From the sequence record OR061068: a DNA stretch of 45,236 bases; one strand, given 5' to 3'. A program made the translations under genes and the position numbers. Shown in pieces: positions 1 through 7,804 of this stretch (positions within the stretch are counted from its first letter, which is position 1; the number at the start of each line of letters is the position of its first letter). Under the pieces are notes generated by a model. The model did no database searches, had not been told where the DNA came from, and worked only from the letters and a program-made list of their open reading frames with translations. Source of the DNA: Escherichia phage CR01.

Positions 1-50
1 CCGTAAAGTTCTTTGATGGCGCGTACAACGTTTGCAGTAGCTTTGTTCAT
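1..50 (-). CDS. 5' part of a 72-aa early protein gene that wraps across the window ends (continues at 45071..45236); paralog of 32971..33189
   Basis: ATG at 50..48; reverse complement reads MNKATANVVRAIKELYG, matching the N-terminus MNKATASVVSAIKEVYG of the 32971 ORF; 50 nt here plus 166 nt at the right end = 72 codons exactly. Confidence 0.6.
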   Translation of the reverse strand, partial: MNKATANVVRAIKELY

Positions 51-61
51 TTCCAAATTCC

Positions 62-115
62 TTATCTCTCGTTTTGATGTAATGAATAGTACCCTATTAT
101 ATTGGGGTGCGCAAA
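62..115 (-). promoter_or_regulatory. conserved early promoter/operator cassette, copy driving the wrap-around gene
   Basis: Reverse complement TTTGCGCACCCCAATATAATAGGGTACTATTCATTACATCAAAACGAGAGATAAGGAATTT immediately precedes the ATG; contains TATAAT, palindrome AATAG-N4-CTATT and an AAGGA ribosome-binding site; near-identical copies at 9808-9870, 43428-43495 and 32905-32970. Confidence 0.5.
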
Positions 116-386
116 CTATTTATTTACCTATTCCAGTTATTCCACCGAATTGTAAATGTTGGAATAAACTATTCGAATAGTTGACTTTTCACTAAAAATA
201 TGATAAGCTCCACCTGAGCTTGTGAAGTATGAACAAGCGACCGCGGCGCGGGCAGGTAACGGAGCCGGACGTTAAGTCCGAGTGTAGTTACGCTGACGCG
301 TTCGGAAGGGCCATACTCTATTGCTTGTGTAAAAAGTACCGGGTTTACTGAGATTACGCCGTTTCTATGTTTAAATGATAAGGACT

Positions 387-416
387 AGCGCCCCGCTTTA
401 AGGCGGGGCTTTACTT
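387..416 (+). terminator. rho-independent terminator-like hairpin
   Basis: Stem GCCCCGC / GCGGGGC with loop TTTAAG followed by a T-rich tract. Confidence 0.4.
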
Positions 417-432
417 ATCGAGAAAGGGAAAC

Positions 433-819
433 ATGAATCTTAAAGCAACTGTCGTAGCAGGAGCATGTTTCATCATCCTGGCTTACGCACACGGCATCTA
501 CCAGTACCGCGCTGGTTGGGGCGAAGGCCGCGCTAATCTCGTTTCGCAGCAACAGCAGAAAGCACAGGCTGAGTTAGCGAAGAAAACACAACGGCAGCAG
601 CAGGATGAATCAAAGGCAGCCGCCGCTGACAACGAAGGCAAGACGAAATCAGAGGTAATTACCCGTGAAGTCGTTAAGTACATTAAAACGCCTGGTCGCA
701 GCGTGTGCACTTTTGACGATGCTCGCGTCCTGCTCAAGTCCCGCGCCGTCGCCAACGCCAATTCCATCTCCGGATACGACGATGATGCAGCCACCGTGCA
801 AACTGGCCACGCCAAGTAG
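433..819 (+). CDS. i-spanin (Rz-like inner membrane spanin)
   Basis: 128 aa; N-terminal TM segment, Q/A/K-rich coiled-coil periplasmic region; contains an embedded out-of-frame lipoprotein ORF. Confidence 0.6.
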   Translation: MNLKATVVAGACFIILAYAHGIYQYRAGWGEGRANLVSQQQQKAQAELAKKTQRQQQDESKAAAADNEGKTKSEVITREVVKYIKTPGRSVCTFDDARVLLKSRAVANANSISGYDDDAATVQTGHAK

Positions 820-928
820 CGATGCTGACCAGGACTTAGCTATTGACGTTCAGAACGCCGAATGCGTGCGGCAACTGCGTCTGAAAGTGTTCATGTTGCA
901 GGACTACGTGAGGAATATTCTGGAATAG
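665..928 (+). CDS. o-spanin (Rz1-like outer membrane lipoprotein), overlapping and extending beyond Rz
   Basis: Signal peptide MKSLSTLKRLVAACALLTMLAS followed by lipobox Cys (LASC) and a Pro-rich mature region; starts in a different frame inside the i-spanin gene. Confidence 0.55.
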   Translation: MKSLSTLKRLVAACALLTMLASCSSPAPSPTPIPSPDTTMMQPPCKLATPSSDADQDLAIDVQNAECVRQLRLKVFMLQDYVRNILE

Positions 929-1009
929 TTGCCTTGCATGTTGGAATAATTTATTCTTGACATGTAAATCCGGGGGCCCGGATTCCAACGTCCAGGGGAC
1001 ATACTGACT

Positions 1010-1711
1010 ATGAATCGTTTTTTACGTTATCCGTTCCAGGAAGAAGCTGGAGCAGAAGATAAAGCCGGTGGCGGTGACGCGCCGAAAATGTTCACAGCCG
1101 AAGAAGTTCAGGCGCTGATTGAGAAAGAAGTTGCCGGGCTTAAGGCCAATCAGGAAGCATTGCTGGCGGAGAAGAAAGAAGCCGCTCGCAAAGCAAAAGA
1201 GGCTGAAGAAGAACGGCAGCGCGCACACCAGGAGGCGTTAAAAGCCGCTGGTAAGATGGACGAGTTTGAAAAGACGATTCGTAGCCAGTATGACCCGGTG
1301 TTAGCCGAGAAAGATGGTCGCATCTCCAAAATGGCAGAGCGCATCCTCGGCAGCGAACGTAAAGCGGTGTTAGGCTCTTTCGCGGGGGACTTTATTACCC
1401 CGGAAGCAGTGGACATTCTTGCGCCGTTCGTCAAGACTGAGTTCGAAGGCGATGATGTGGTTACTAAGTTTGTCGGCGCAGACGGCAACGTAATCACGAC
1501 TGACCCGGAACAGTTCCGCAAATACCTGCGCGAACACAAAGCGTTTTCGCATTTGATTAAAGCAAATGCAGCTTCCGGCGGCGGGGCTTCCGGTAGCAAA
1601 GGCGGCGGGGCCGCACCAGCGTTTAAAGACATGAGTGAAGCGGAGCGTTTAGCTCTGTATAAATCGAACCCTGCCGAATTTGAGCGGCAACTTAAAGCCC
1701 TGAGGAAATAA
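1010..1711 (+). CDS. putative capsid scaffolding protein
   Basis: 233 aa, highly charged coiled-coil (EAARKAKEAEEERQRAHQEALKAAG), immediately upstream of the major capsid gene. Confidence 0.45.
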   Translation: MNRFLRYPFQEEAGAEDKAGGGDAPKMFTAEEVQALIEKEVAGLKANQEALLAEKKEAARKAKEAEEERQRAHQEALKAAGKMDEFEKTIRSQYDPVLAEKDGRISKMAERILGSERKAVLGSFAGDFITPEAVDILAPFVKTEFEGDDVVTKFVGADGNVITTDPEQFRKYLREHKAFSHLIKANAASGGGASGSKGGGAAPAFKDMSEAERLALYKSNPAEFERQLKALRK

Positions 1712-1713
1712 TA

Positions 1714-2762
1714 ATGGCAATTACTACTATCGGCGATATCGTAACTGGCAACATCCCGGTCCTGGCGTCTTACATGACCGAGGACCCGGTAGAAAAACCG
1801 CGTTCTTCCAGTCTGGTATTCTGACCCCGACTCCATACGCTGCCGAGATTGCCCGCGGCTCGTCCAACATCGCTAACATCCCTTTCTGGAAAGCGATTGA
1901 TACTTCTATTGAGCCTAACTACTCGAACGACGTATACCAGGACATCGCAACCCCGCGTAACGTGCAGACCGGCGAGATGATGGCGCGCGTTGCATACCTG
2001 AACGAAGGCTTCGGCCAGGCAGACCTGACTGTAGAACTGACCAGTCAGAATCCGCTGCAATCCGTAGCGTCCCGTCTGGATAACTTCTGGCAGCGCCAGG
2101 CGCAACGCCGTCTGATTGCTACCGCGCTCGGTCTGTACAACGACAACGTAGCCGCTACCGATGAATACCATACGCAGAACGATATGGTTATCGACGTGTC
2201 TGCTTCTCTGGGCTTCGACGCTGGCGCATTCATCGACGCTACCCAGACTATGGGCGATGCGCTGATGGGCAACGGCGGTGAAGTGCTGGGCGCTATCGCG
2301 ATGCACAGCTTCGTTTATGCGCAGGCGCGTAAGCAGCAGCTTATCGACTTCATCAAAGATGCTGACAACGACACCCTGTTCGCCACCTACCAGGGCTACC
2401 GCGTGATTGTTGACGACAGCATGACCGTAGTTGGCTCCGGCTCGAGCCGTAAGTTCATCTCCATCATCTTCGGCAACGGCGCTATCGGTTACGGTGAAGG
2501 TAATCCGTCCAACCCGCTGGAATACGAGCGCGAAGCATCTCGCGGTAACGGCGGCGGCGTTGAAACCCTGTGGACCCGTAAGACCTGGTTGCTGCACCCA
2601 CTGGGCTACAGCTTCACCAGTGCGGTAATCACCGGCAACGGCACCGAGACTGTAGCCCGCTCTGCTTCCTGGCAGGACCTGGCGAACGCCTCCAACTGGA
2701 ACCGTGTTGTTGAACGTAAGCACGTACCTATTGCCTTCCTGGTAACTGGTGTCGGTGCTTAA
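1714..2762 (+). CDS. major capsid protein, interrupted by an apparent frameshift near the N-terminus
   Basis: ATG at 1714 reads MAITTIGDIVTGNIPVLASYMTEDPVEK then hits a stop at 1822; the -1 frame is open from ~1794 to 2762 (track ORF 1962..2762); A5 run at 1793-1797; followed by a terminator. Confidence 0.6.
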
Positions 2763-2777
2763 GGTTAAGCTATAATC

Positions 2778-2802
2778 GAGAGGGACTTCGGTCCCTCTTT
2801 TC
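2778..2802 (+). terminator. rho-independent terminator after the capsid gene
   Basis: GAGAGGGAC-TTCG-GTCCCTCTTTTC hairpin plus T-run. Confidence 0.6.
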
Positions 2803-2823
2803 ATTTACTAAGAGGATTCCTAA

Positions 2824-3165
2824 ATGGCAGACGTATTGAAACGACGCACCACCGGCGTCTCCGCTGACGCCCCGGGTGCCAAGATTGACATGGTGACTAT
2901 TTCTCCTGCGTCTTTCTCGTCCGCGCTGGCGGCTACTACCTCCGTTACCGCAGGCGAAACCATGACACTGACCGTAACCGTAACTGGCGGTCTGGAGCCG
3001 TATTCCTACCAGTGGTATAAGAACAACAACGCCATCGCCGGGGCTACCGAGGCCACCTATGCTAAAGCGTCGACCACTACCGCCGATTCAGGCACGTATA
3101 AAGTGGTTGTTCACGATGCGTATGGTAATATTATCTCCAGCAGCACCGTAGCAACTGTGTCTTAA
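2824..3165 (+). CDS. Ig-like domain protein (candidate capsid decoration protein)
   Basis: 113 aa; motifs TLTVTVTGG, YQWYKNNNAI, DSGTYKVVV typical of Ig-like I-set/Big domains; sits directly after the capsid gene. Confidence 0.5.
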   Translation: MADVLKRRTTGVSADAPGAKIDMVTISPASFSSALAATTSVTAGETMTLTVTVTGGLEPYSYQWYKNNNAIAGATEATYAKASTTTADSGTYKVVVHDAYGNIISSSTVATVS

Positions 3166-3201
3166 TACAACGGCCCTTCGGGGCCGTAATAAGGAAAGGT
3201 C

Positions 3202-3381
3202 ATGGCAGATAATTATGTAATCCGCGAAAAGTACACCCACGTTGACGTTGTTGACGGTCAGGTAATGCCTGTTCGCGGTGTGGTAGAAGTGGACGAACTG
3301 GTTGCGACTCAACCGGACAACGAAGAAGCGCACAACAACGGCGGTGGTACTAAGCGTCGTCGCCGTAAGTCAGAGGAATAG
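3202..3381 (+). CDS. hypothetical small protein (59 aa), basic C-terminus
   Basis: ATG 3202 with ribosome-binding site AAGGAAAGG; ends GGGTKRRRRKSEE; below the ORF-track length cutoff. Confidence 0.35.
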   Translation: MADNYVIREKYTHVDVVDGQVMPVRGVVEVDELVATQPDNEEAHNNGGGTKRRRRKSEE

Positions 3382-3384
3382 TAC

Positions 3385-3537
3385 ATGAATATCGTGCGCC
3401 GCTTGCTCTGTACCCACAAATACCGAACGGTAAGAGTCGCGTATGGTGACGAGATAATTGGTAGAAATTACAAGCGATATTGCCAAGAGTGCACAAAATG
3501 CGGCGCAATCAGATACGTGGGTGGTGATAAATGTTAA
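3385..3537 (+). CDS. hypothetical small Cys-rich protein (50 aa, zinc-ribbon-like)
   Basis: CTHK...CQECTKC...C arrangement; start overlaps the preceding stop region. Confidence 0.3.
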   Translation: MNIVRRLLCTHKYRTVRVAYGDEIIGRNYKRYCQECTKCGAIRYVGGDKC

Positions 3538-4039
3538 TTGTAGAAACAGGTCAAATTGTAGATGGGGCCGATTCGTACATCTCGCTAGCTGACGCCCGCG
3601 CGTTAGCGGCTAATTATGGCCTTGAGTTACCTGCCGACGACCCCGCGGCGGAAGTAGCTCTGCGCAACGGTGCTACTTATGTCGGGCTTGCAGAACCACA
3701 GATGTGCGGCCGCCGTGTGTCGGCCGAACAGTCTCTTGCATACCCTCGCACGGGGTAACATTGAATGGCTTCCCTGTAGCTAACAACACCATTCCGAAAC
3801 AGGTGATTCTTGCGCAGGTAATCGCAGCCGCTACATATGGCTCCGGCACAGAAGTGCGGGCTAACTCGGACGGTCGCTCCGTGCAGACTGAGCGTGTCGA
3901 GGGTGCGGTCACAGTGACGTACTTCAACAACGGCAGCAGTGGCGCTACGACCGCGATTACCGCCGCTGACGACGCCTTACGCCCGTTACTGTGTGGTGGT
4001 CTTAACAATGGCTTCTCATTTAATGTGTACCGGGGTTAA
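3531..4039 (+). CDS. head-tail connector-like protein, frameshifted at G-run 3752-3755
   Basis: Track ORFs 3531..3758 and 3704..4039 join in one frame if one G is added to GGGG; N-terminus ISLADARALAANYGLELPADDPAAEV resembles gp6-like head-tail connector proteins. Confidence 0.4.
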
Positions 4040-4041
4040 AA

Positions 4042-4656
4042 ATGGCGAAGACTAAATCAGAGATGTTCACCCTCATCGGCGCGAATCTCCCCGATAACAC
4101 CAACGGTGCCATCACACCCGCGAAGCTACGCGAGGTAATGACGCAGATGGCGGACTCACCTATTTACGCCACTCCCGGTGTTAAAGAGGTTGAAGTTCTC
4201 CGCGCAGCGTCGACCGTGATACAAGTGCCCACCGCAACGAACACGGCGTTGCAGTTAACTTTTGGAGCTGCACAGGGTAGCGCATCCGACCCTGTAATGA
4301 TTAATGCCGCGGGGCTGGTTACGTTCAACACCGCGGGTAACTATGCCGTTCGCATCAAGTTACAGGCTGGGCGCACGGGGGCTAGCGGAACGTCTATCCT
4401 GTTATCACGCCTTCTTCTGAACGGCGCTCAGTACGGCTCGCCCGCAGCTACTAAACTGGTAAGCGCGGATACCACAATCCCGATTGAGTCTCGCGTCGTT
4501 ATTAACCCGACCGCAGGCCAGACGTTTGCCGTTCAGATTATGCGGGATAGCGCCGGGAGTAACTTCGGCGGCGTATACCCGCAAGCGGCTACGGTAACTG
4601 CATGGGGCACAGCACCATCTGCGCTACTGGTTATTTCGAGACTGGAGGCTGCGTAA
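4042..4656 (+). CDS. hypothetical virion structural protein
   Basis: 204 aa ORF in the head-tail gene block; Ala/Thr/Gly-rich. Confidence 0.35.
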   Translation: MAKTKSEMFTLIGANLPDNTNGAITPAKLREVMTQMADSPIYATPGVKEVEVLRAASTVIQVPTATNTALQLTFGAAQGSASDPVMINAAGLVTFNTAGNYAVRIKLQAGRTGASGTSILLSRLLLNGAQYGSPAATKLVSADTTIPIESRVVINPTAGQTFAVQIMRDSAGSNFGGVYPQAATVTAWGTAPSALLVISRLEAA

Positions 4657-4787
4657 TGCGAAAAATAATTAATATGTGGATTAACTCTGATTTTTTGTGG
4701 AAGTACGAATTTTTGGTATCAGTGTTTGCGCTGGTATCAACAACAGCTCTAATTATATTTTTAGCGGTTTGCGGGGAGTCAACATGA
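4656..4787 (+). CDS. small AT-rich membrane protein ORF (43 aa) inside the structural module
   Basis: ATG overlaps the upstream stop (TAATG) and its own stop overlaps the next ATG (ATGA); one hydrophobic helix FLVSVFALVSTTALIIFLAV; local AT content visibly higher than the flanks. Confidence 0.35.
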   Translation: MRKIINMWINSDFLWKYEFLVSVFALVSTTALIIFLAVCGEST

Positions 4788-5143
4788 GCACCGCTTTCAG
4801 CAAACGTATGCAGGGCGTGGGTACACGCCTGCTAACCAAATTCGGCAGCACAGTATCTCTGGTTCGCGCTGGCTCGAAAGTGTGGGATGAAGTTCTCGGT
4901 GAATGCGTCTGGTCCGCCGACGAAGTGTTGCCTTTGAAGGCCGTTCCGGTTCCGGTAAACGCGGGGCTGGTTAACGGTGCGACGATTCAGGCTGACGACA
5001 TGATTGTTAAAGCGGATTACAGCGTCGTTCCGAAGATGGAAGACAAGGTGCAATTCGGCGGCGAGCAATGGTCTGTCGTAGCTATCGAGAAGAAGATGGT
5101 TAACGATGATGTCGTGGCCTACTTTATCCAGGTGAGAAAATGA
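4784..5143 (+). CDS. putative head closure / head-tail joining protein
   Basis: 119 aa from ATG 4784 (the track ORF extends spuriously upstream to 4697); position between connector and neck genes. Confidence 0.4.
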   Translation: MSTAFSKRMQGVGTRLLTKFGSTVSLVRAGSKVWDEVLGECVWSADEVLPLKAVPVPVNAGLVNGATIQADDMIVKADYSVVPKMEDKVQFGGEQWSVVAIEKKMVNDDVVAYFIQVRK

Positions 5144-5640
5144 GTTTCGCGCTTGATGTCTCTAAGTTCGTCGAAAAGGCGAAGAAGAATCCCGAGAAGG
5201 TGATGCGCCAGGTGTCTATCAAGCTGTTTTCCGCTATCATAAAGGCGAGTCCGGTAGATACTGGTCGCTTTCGTATGAACTGGATGGCCTCTGGCGGTAC
5301 TCCTGCTTCCGGCACAAGTCAAGGTACTGACCCTAGCGGAGCTAACGCGATAGGCGCTATGGTTTCTACTGTGTCAGGCTTACCCGACTGGAGCGAGTTC
5401 ACCCTGACAAATAACCTGCCGTATGCGGAAGTTATAGAGTTTGGAGGTTACGCTACCGGCTTCCATGGCCCTAAGCGCCCTTCTAACTTAGGCTCTAAAT
5501 TTGTTGGCCCATTGAGGCCGAAAGCGCCCAGCAGAACAACCACAGACGGATATTCCCTTCAGGCTCCGCAAGGTGTTGTCCGGGTTAACGTTCAGCGATT
5601 CAATAAACTGCTCGAAGAAGAAGCGAGGAAGTATAAATAA
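5140..5640 (+). CDS. HK97 gp10-like neck / tail completion protein
   Basis: 166 aa containing a VDTGRFRMNW motif (DTGxLR-type motif of the HK97 gp10 family). Confidence 0.45.
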   Translation: MSFALDVSKFVEKAKKNPEKVMRQVSIKLFSAIIKASPVDTGRFRMNWMASGGTPASGTSQGTDPSGANAIGAMVSTVSGLPDWSEFTLTNNLPYAEVIEFGGYATGFHGPKRPSNLGSKFVGPLRPKAPSRTTTDGYSLQAPQGVVRVNVQRFNKLLEEEARKYK

Positions 5641-6053
5641 TGGGCTACTTTGAGGACTTAACCAAAGCGTTTGATGTGCCGCTGGTAGCCTTCGGAACAA
5701 CCAACGGCATCAAGGTGGCGCTTGAAAACATCGACGCGCCGACGTCAACCGATACACCGTATCTGGCGAGTTACATGTTGCTGGCAGATACGGAACAGGC
5801 TGACTTATTCTTCACCGAGCAACGTTCTGGTATTTATCAGGTCGACATTAACTACGCATCGGTGAAAGGTAGCGCGCCAATCAATAAAATGGCAGACTTA
5901 CTTAACACGGCGTTTAAAGCAGGTAAGTCATTTTCACGTAACGACATCTGCGCCGAGGTTCAATCGGTTAGCCTGGGGCCACTGATTGTAGAAAACGGAT
6001 GGGCCAAAAGACCATTGTCAATTAACTTTATCGCATTCACCAAGAGGCTGTGA
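5640..6053 (+). CDS. putative tail terminator protein
   Basis: 137 aa ORF immediately upstream of the major tail gene; start overlaps the preceding stop. Confidence 0.35.
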   Translation: MGYFEDLTKAFDVPLVAFGTTNGIKVALENIDAPTSTDTPYLASYMLLADTEQADLFFTEQRSGIYQVDINYASVKGSAPINKMADLLNTAFKAGKSFSRNDICAEVQSVSLGPLIVENGWAKRPLSINFIAFTKRL

Positions 6054-7222
6054 ATATGGCTACAACTCCTTTTAAGGGCGCGAATACCGCGCAATTCTAT
6101 GTGGCGGAAGTCACCCCGGGCGTAACACCGACTAACCCGGTCTGGTCACCGTTGCGTAACACTGGCGGTGTTCCTGCTATCACCCGCGACACGCTGACCT
6201 CCAACGAACTGGACGGCAGCCGTGAAACTACATCCATCCGCACCGGTAACAAACAGGTTAGCGGTGAATACGCGATCGAGCTTAGCTCGAAAAGCCAGGA
6301 TGACTGGCTGGCTGGTGCTTTAGGCTCTACGTGGCAATCCGGTGTTTCCCTGTCCAGTCTGTCGATTACCGTCGCACCCGCAGGCAAGACGTTCACACGC
6401 GCTACCGGCAGTTTTATCACTGACGGAGTTGGGGTAGGCGACCTGATTGCATTTACCGATTTAACAGGCGATAACGCAAAACCATTTATTGTTACTGCAG
6501 TAACGGCTACGGTTGTTACTGGTGCTGGCATCCAACACACCCTGACCACCGAGACAAAAACTAGTAAGGCTAAAACCGGCGACACGCTGGAAACCGGTAA
6601 CACGTGTAAGACGTTCTCTATCCTTACCTGGTACAAAGGCCAGTGCGGCGGTACTAACGCGTACACGTTAACCAAAGGCGTGGAAGTTTCTGGTTTTACC
6701 ATCGAACAGGCTGTTAACGCGATGGTAACTGGCAGCTTCCCATTCATCGGTCGCAGTCAGGAGATTCTCACTACGCCGCCGACCGGTTCCAACTTCTCAT
6801 CTGTTACTTTTGGTGATGAGCCGTTCTCCTCGGTTGACGTTTCTGTGTTCGACGGTTCTACGCCGTTGCGTTGTGATAGCCTGACCATCACCAACGATAA
6901 CAGCGCGTCGGCGCAGTTCGAACTCGGCAACACTAACGTAGCGTTTGTGGAGCGTAGCCGCGCGGCTAACACCTTCTCCATCTCCGGTAAGCTGTACGAC
7001 ATGGCGATGATTCAGAAGTTTATCAACGAACAGCAGGTAGAGATTAACTCTATTCTGGCGGGGGTAAACGGGGCTATGTCTTTCAGTTTAAAACGCGCAG
7101 AGCTTACGGCGGTCACACCAGAGATTGGCGGACCCGAGTCAATCACTCAGTCCATTGAAGGCCAGGCTACCGGCAACCAATACCAGTCGTCTATTGTCAT
7201 CCAGCGTATCACCTACCCATAA
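6050..7222 (+). CDS. putative major tail (tube) protein
   Basis: 390 aa Thr/Gly/Ser-rich protein positioned before the tail chaperone and tape measure genes; followed by a strong terminator. Confidence 0.5.
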   Translation: MNMATTPFKGANTAQFYVAEVTPGVTPTNPVWSPLRNTGGVPAITRDTLTSNELDGSRETTSIRTGNKQVSGEYAIELSSKSQDDWLAGALGSTWQSGVSLSSLSITVAPAGKTFTRATGSFITDGVGVGDLIAFTDLTGDNAKPFIVTAVTATVVTGAGIQHTLTTETKTSKAKTGDTLETGNTCKTFSILTWYKGQCGGTNAYTLTKGVEVSGFTIEQAVNAMVTGSFPFIGRSQEILTTPPTGSNFSSVTFGDEPFSSVDVSVFDGSTPLRCDSLTITNDNSASAQFELGNTNVAFVERSRAANTFSISGKLYDMAMIQKFINEQQVEINSILAGVNGAMSFSLKRAELTAVTPEIGGPESITQSIEGQATGNQYQSSIVIQRITYP

Positions 7223-7225
7223 AAC

Positions 7226-7252
7226 TAAGGCCCCGAAAGGGCCTTTTTCTTA
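7226..7252. terminator. bidirectional rho-independent terminator
   Basis: AAGGCCCCGAAAGGGCCTTTTTC: GC hairpin flanked by A-run upstream and T-run downstream; lies between convergent genes 6050..7222 (+) and 7250..7804 (-). Confidence 0.65.
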
Positions 7253-7804
7253 CAAACCTAATTTTAAAGCAATGTCTATAACGTTCGATTTAACATCACC
7301 TGGTATGATGTAGGTATCGTAATCTTTTACACCATCAACGCCATACAGATAACCACGGCTGTCCCCCTCAAATGTATAGCCTTCTCGGTGCAAGCGAACG
7401 ATTCTTACATCATGACCCGCGGCGACGATAGGGGCTACTTCACTGGCGAATCCACCGTCGGACACTACAAAAACTTCGTTGCCGTCTGGCAAGTTTTCAG
7501 CAAGATACTTACCGAAATAATCATCACCGAATACCGGTTTAATGAATTGCTCAGAAACGGCAATCATGAACTGACGACGGGACAACCCATTAAGAAAACC
7601 CTCTGGCTTTTCTTTCCGTGCCCGGTCGTCGTAGCCGTCGAGAAATTCGCGGTAAGCATCCGGGCCTAACGCTGCCAAAGCAATATCGAACATTGGATTC
7701 TTGAAACTGGTAGTTCCTTTCGCAAAGCCCATTTCTACCAGCGCCATAGCAAGTGTGTCTTTCCCGCAACCCGCCGGACCATTAAGAATAATTACCTTAG
7801 CCAT
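7250..7804 (-). CDS. P-loop kinase, dNMP kinase-like (T4 gp1-like) or polynucleotide kinase-like
   Basis: 184 aa; Walker A GPAGCGKDT at residues 8-16; downstream RRQFMIAV and VFVVSDGG...VRIVRLHREG segments resemble the T4 gp1 family as recalled; start overlaps the upstream stop (TAATG). Confidence 0.5.
   Translation of the reverse strand: MAKVIILNGPAGCGKDTLAMALVEMGFAKGTTSFKNPMFDIALAALGPDAYREFLDGYDDRARKEKPEGFLNGLSRRQFMIAVSEQFIKPVFGDDYFGKYLAENLPDGNEVFVVSDGGFASEVAPIVAAGHDVRIVRLHREGYTFEGDSRGYLYGVDGVKDYDTYIIPGDVKSNVIDIALKLGL

Noticed and set aside
1793-1797. T7-like programmed frameshift in the major capsid gene
   Set aside because: The frame break is 27 codons from the N-terminus rather than near the C-terminus, and the same single-base homopolymer pattern recurs in about 15 unrelated genes, so a sequencing error is far more likely.
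1150-2804. Long antisense ORFs opposite the scaffold and capsid genes (1150..1836 and 1770..2804, minus), and similar antisense ORFs opposite the tape measure, DNA polymerase and primase genes
   Set aside because: They overlap high-confidence genes on the other strand, lack start context, and have compositions typical of antisense read-through in GC-balanced DNA.
4697-4783. N-terminal extension of the head closure gene (track start GTG 4697)
   Set aside because: The extension overlaps the coupled small membrane ORF (4656..4787) in another frame and is AT-rich; ATG 4784 with ATGA coupling is the more plausible start.
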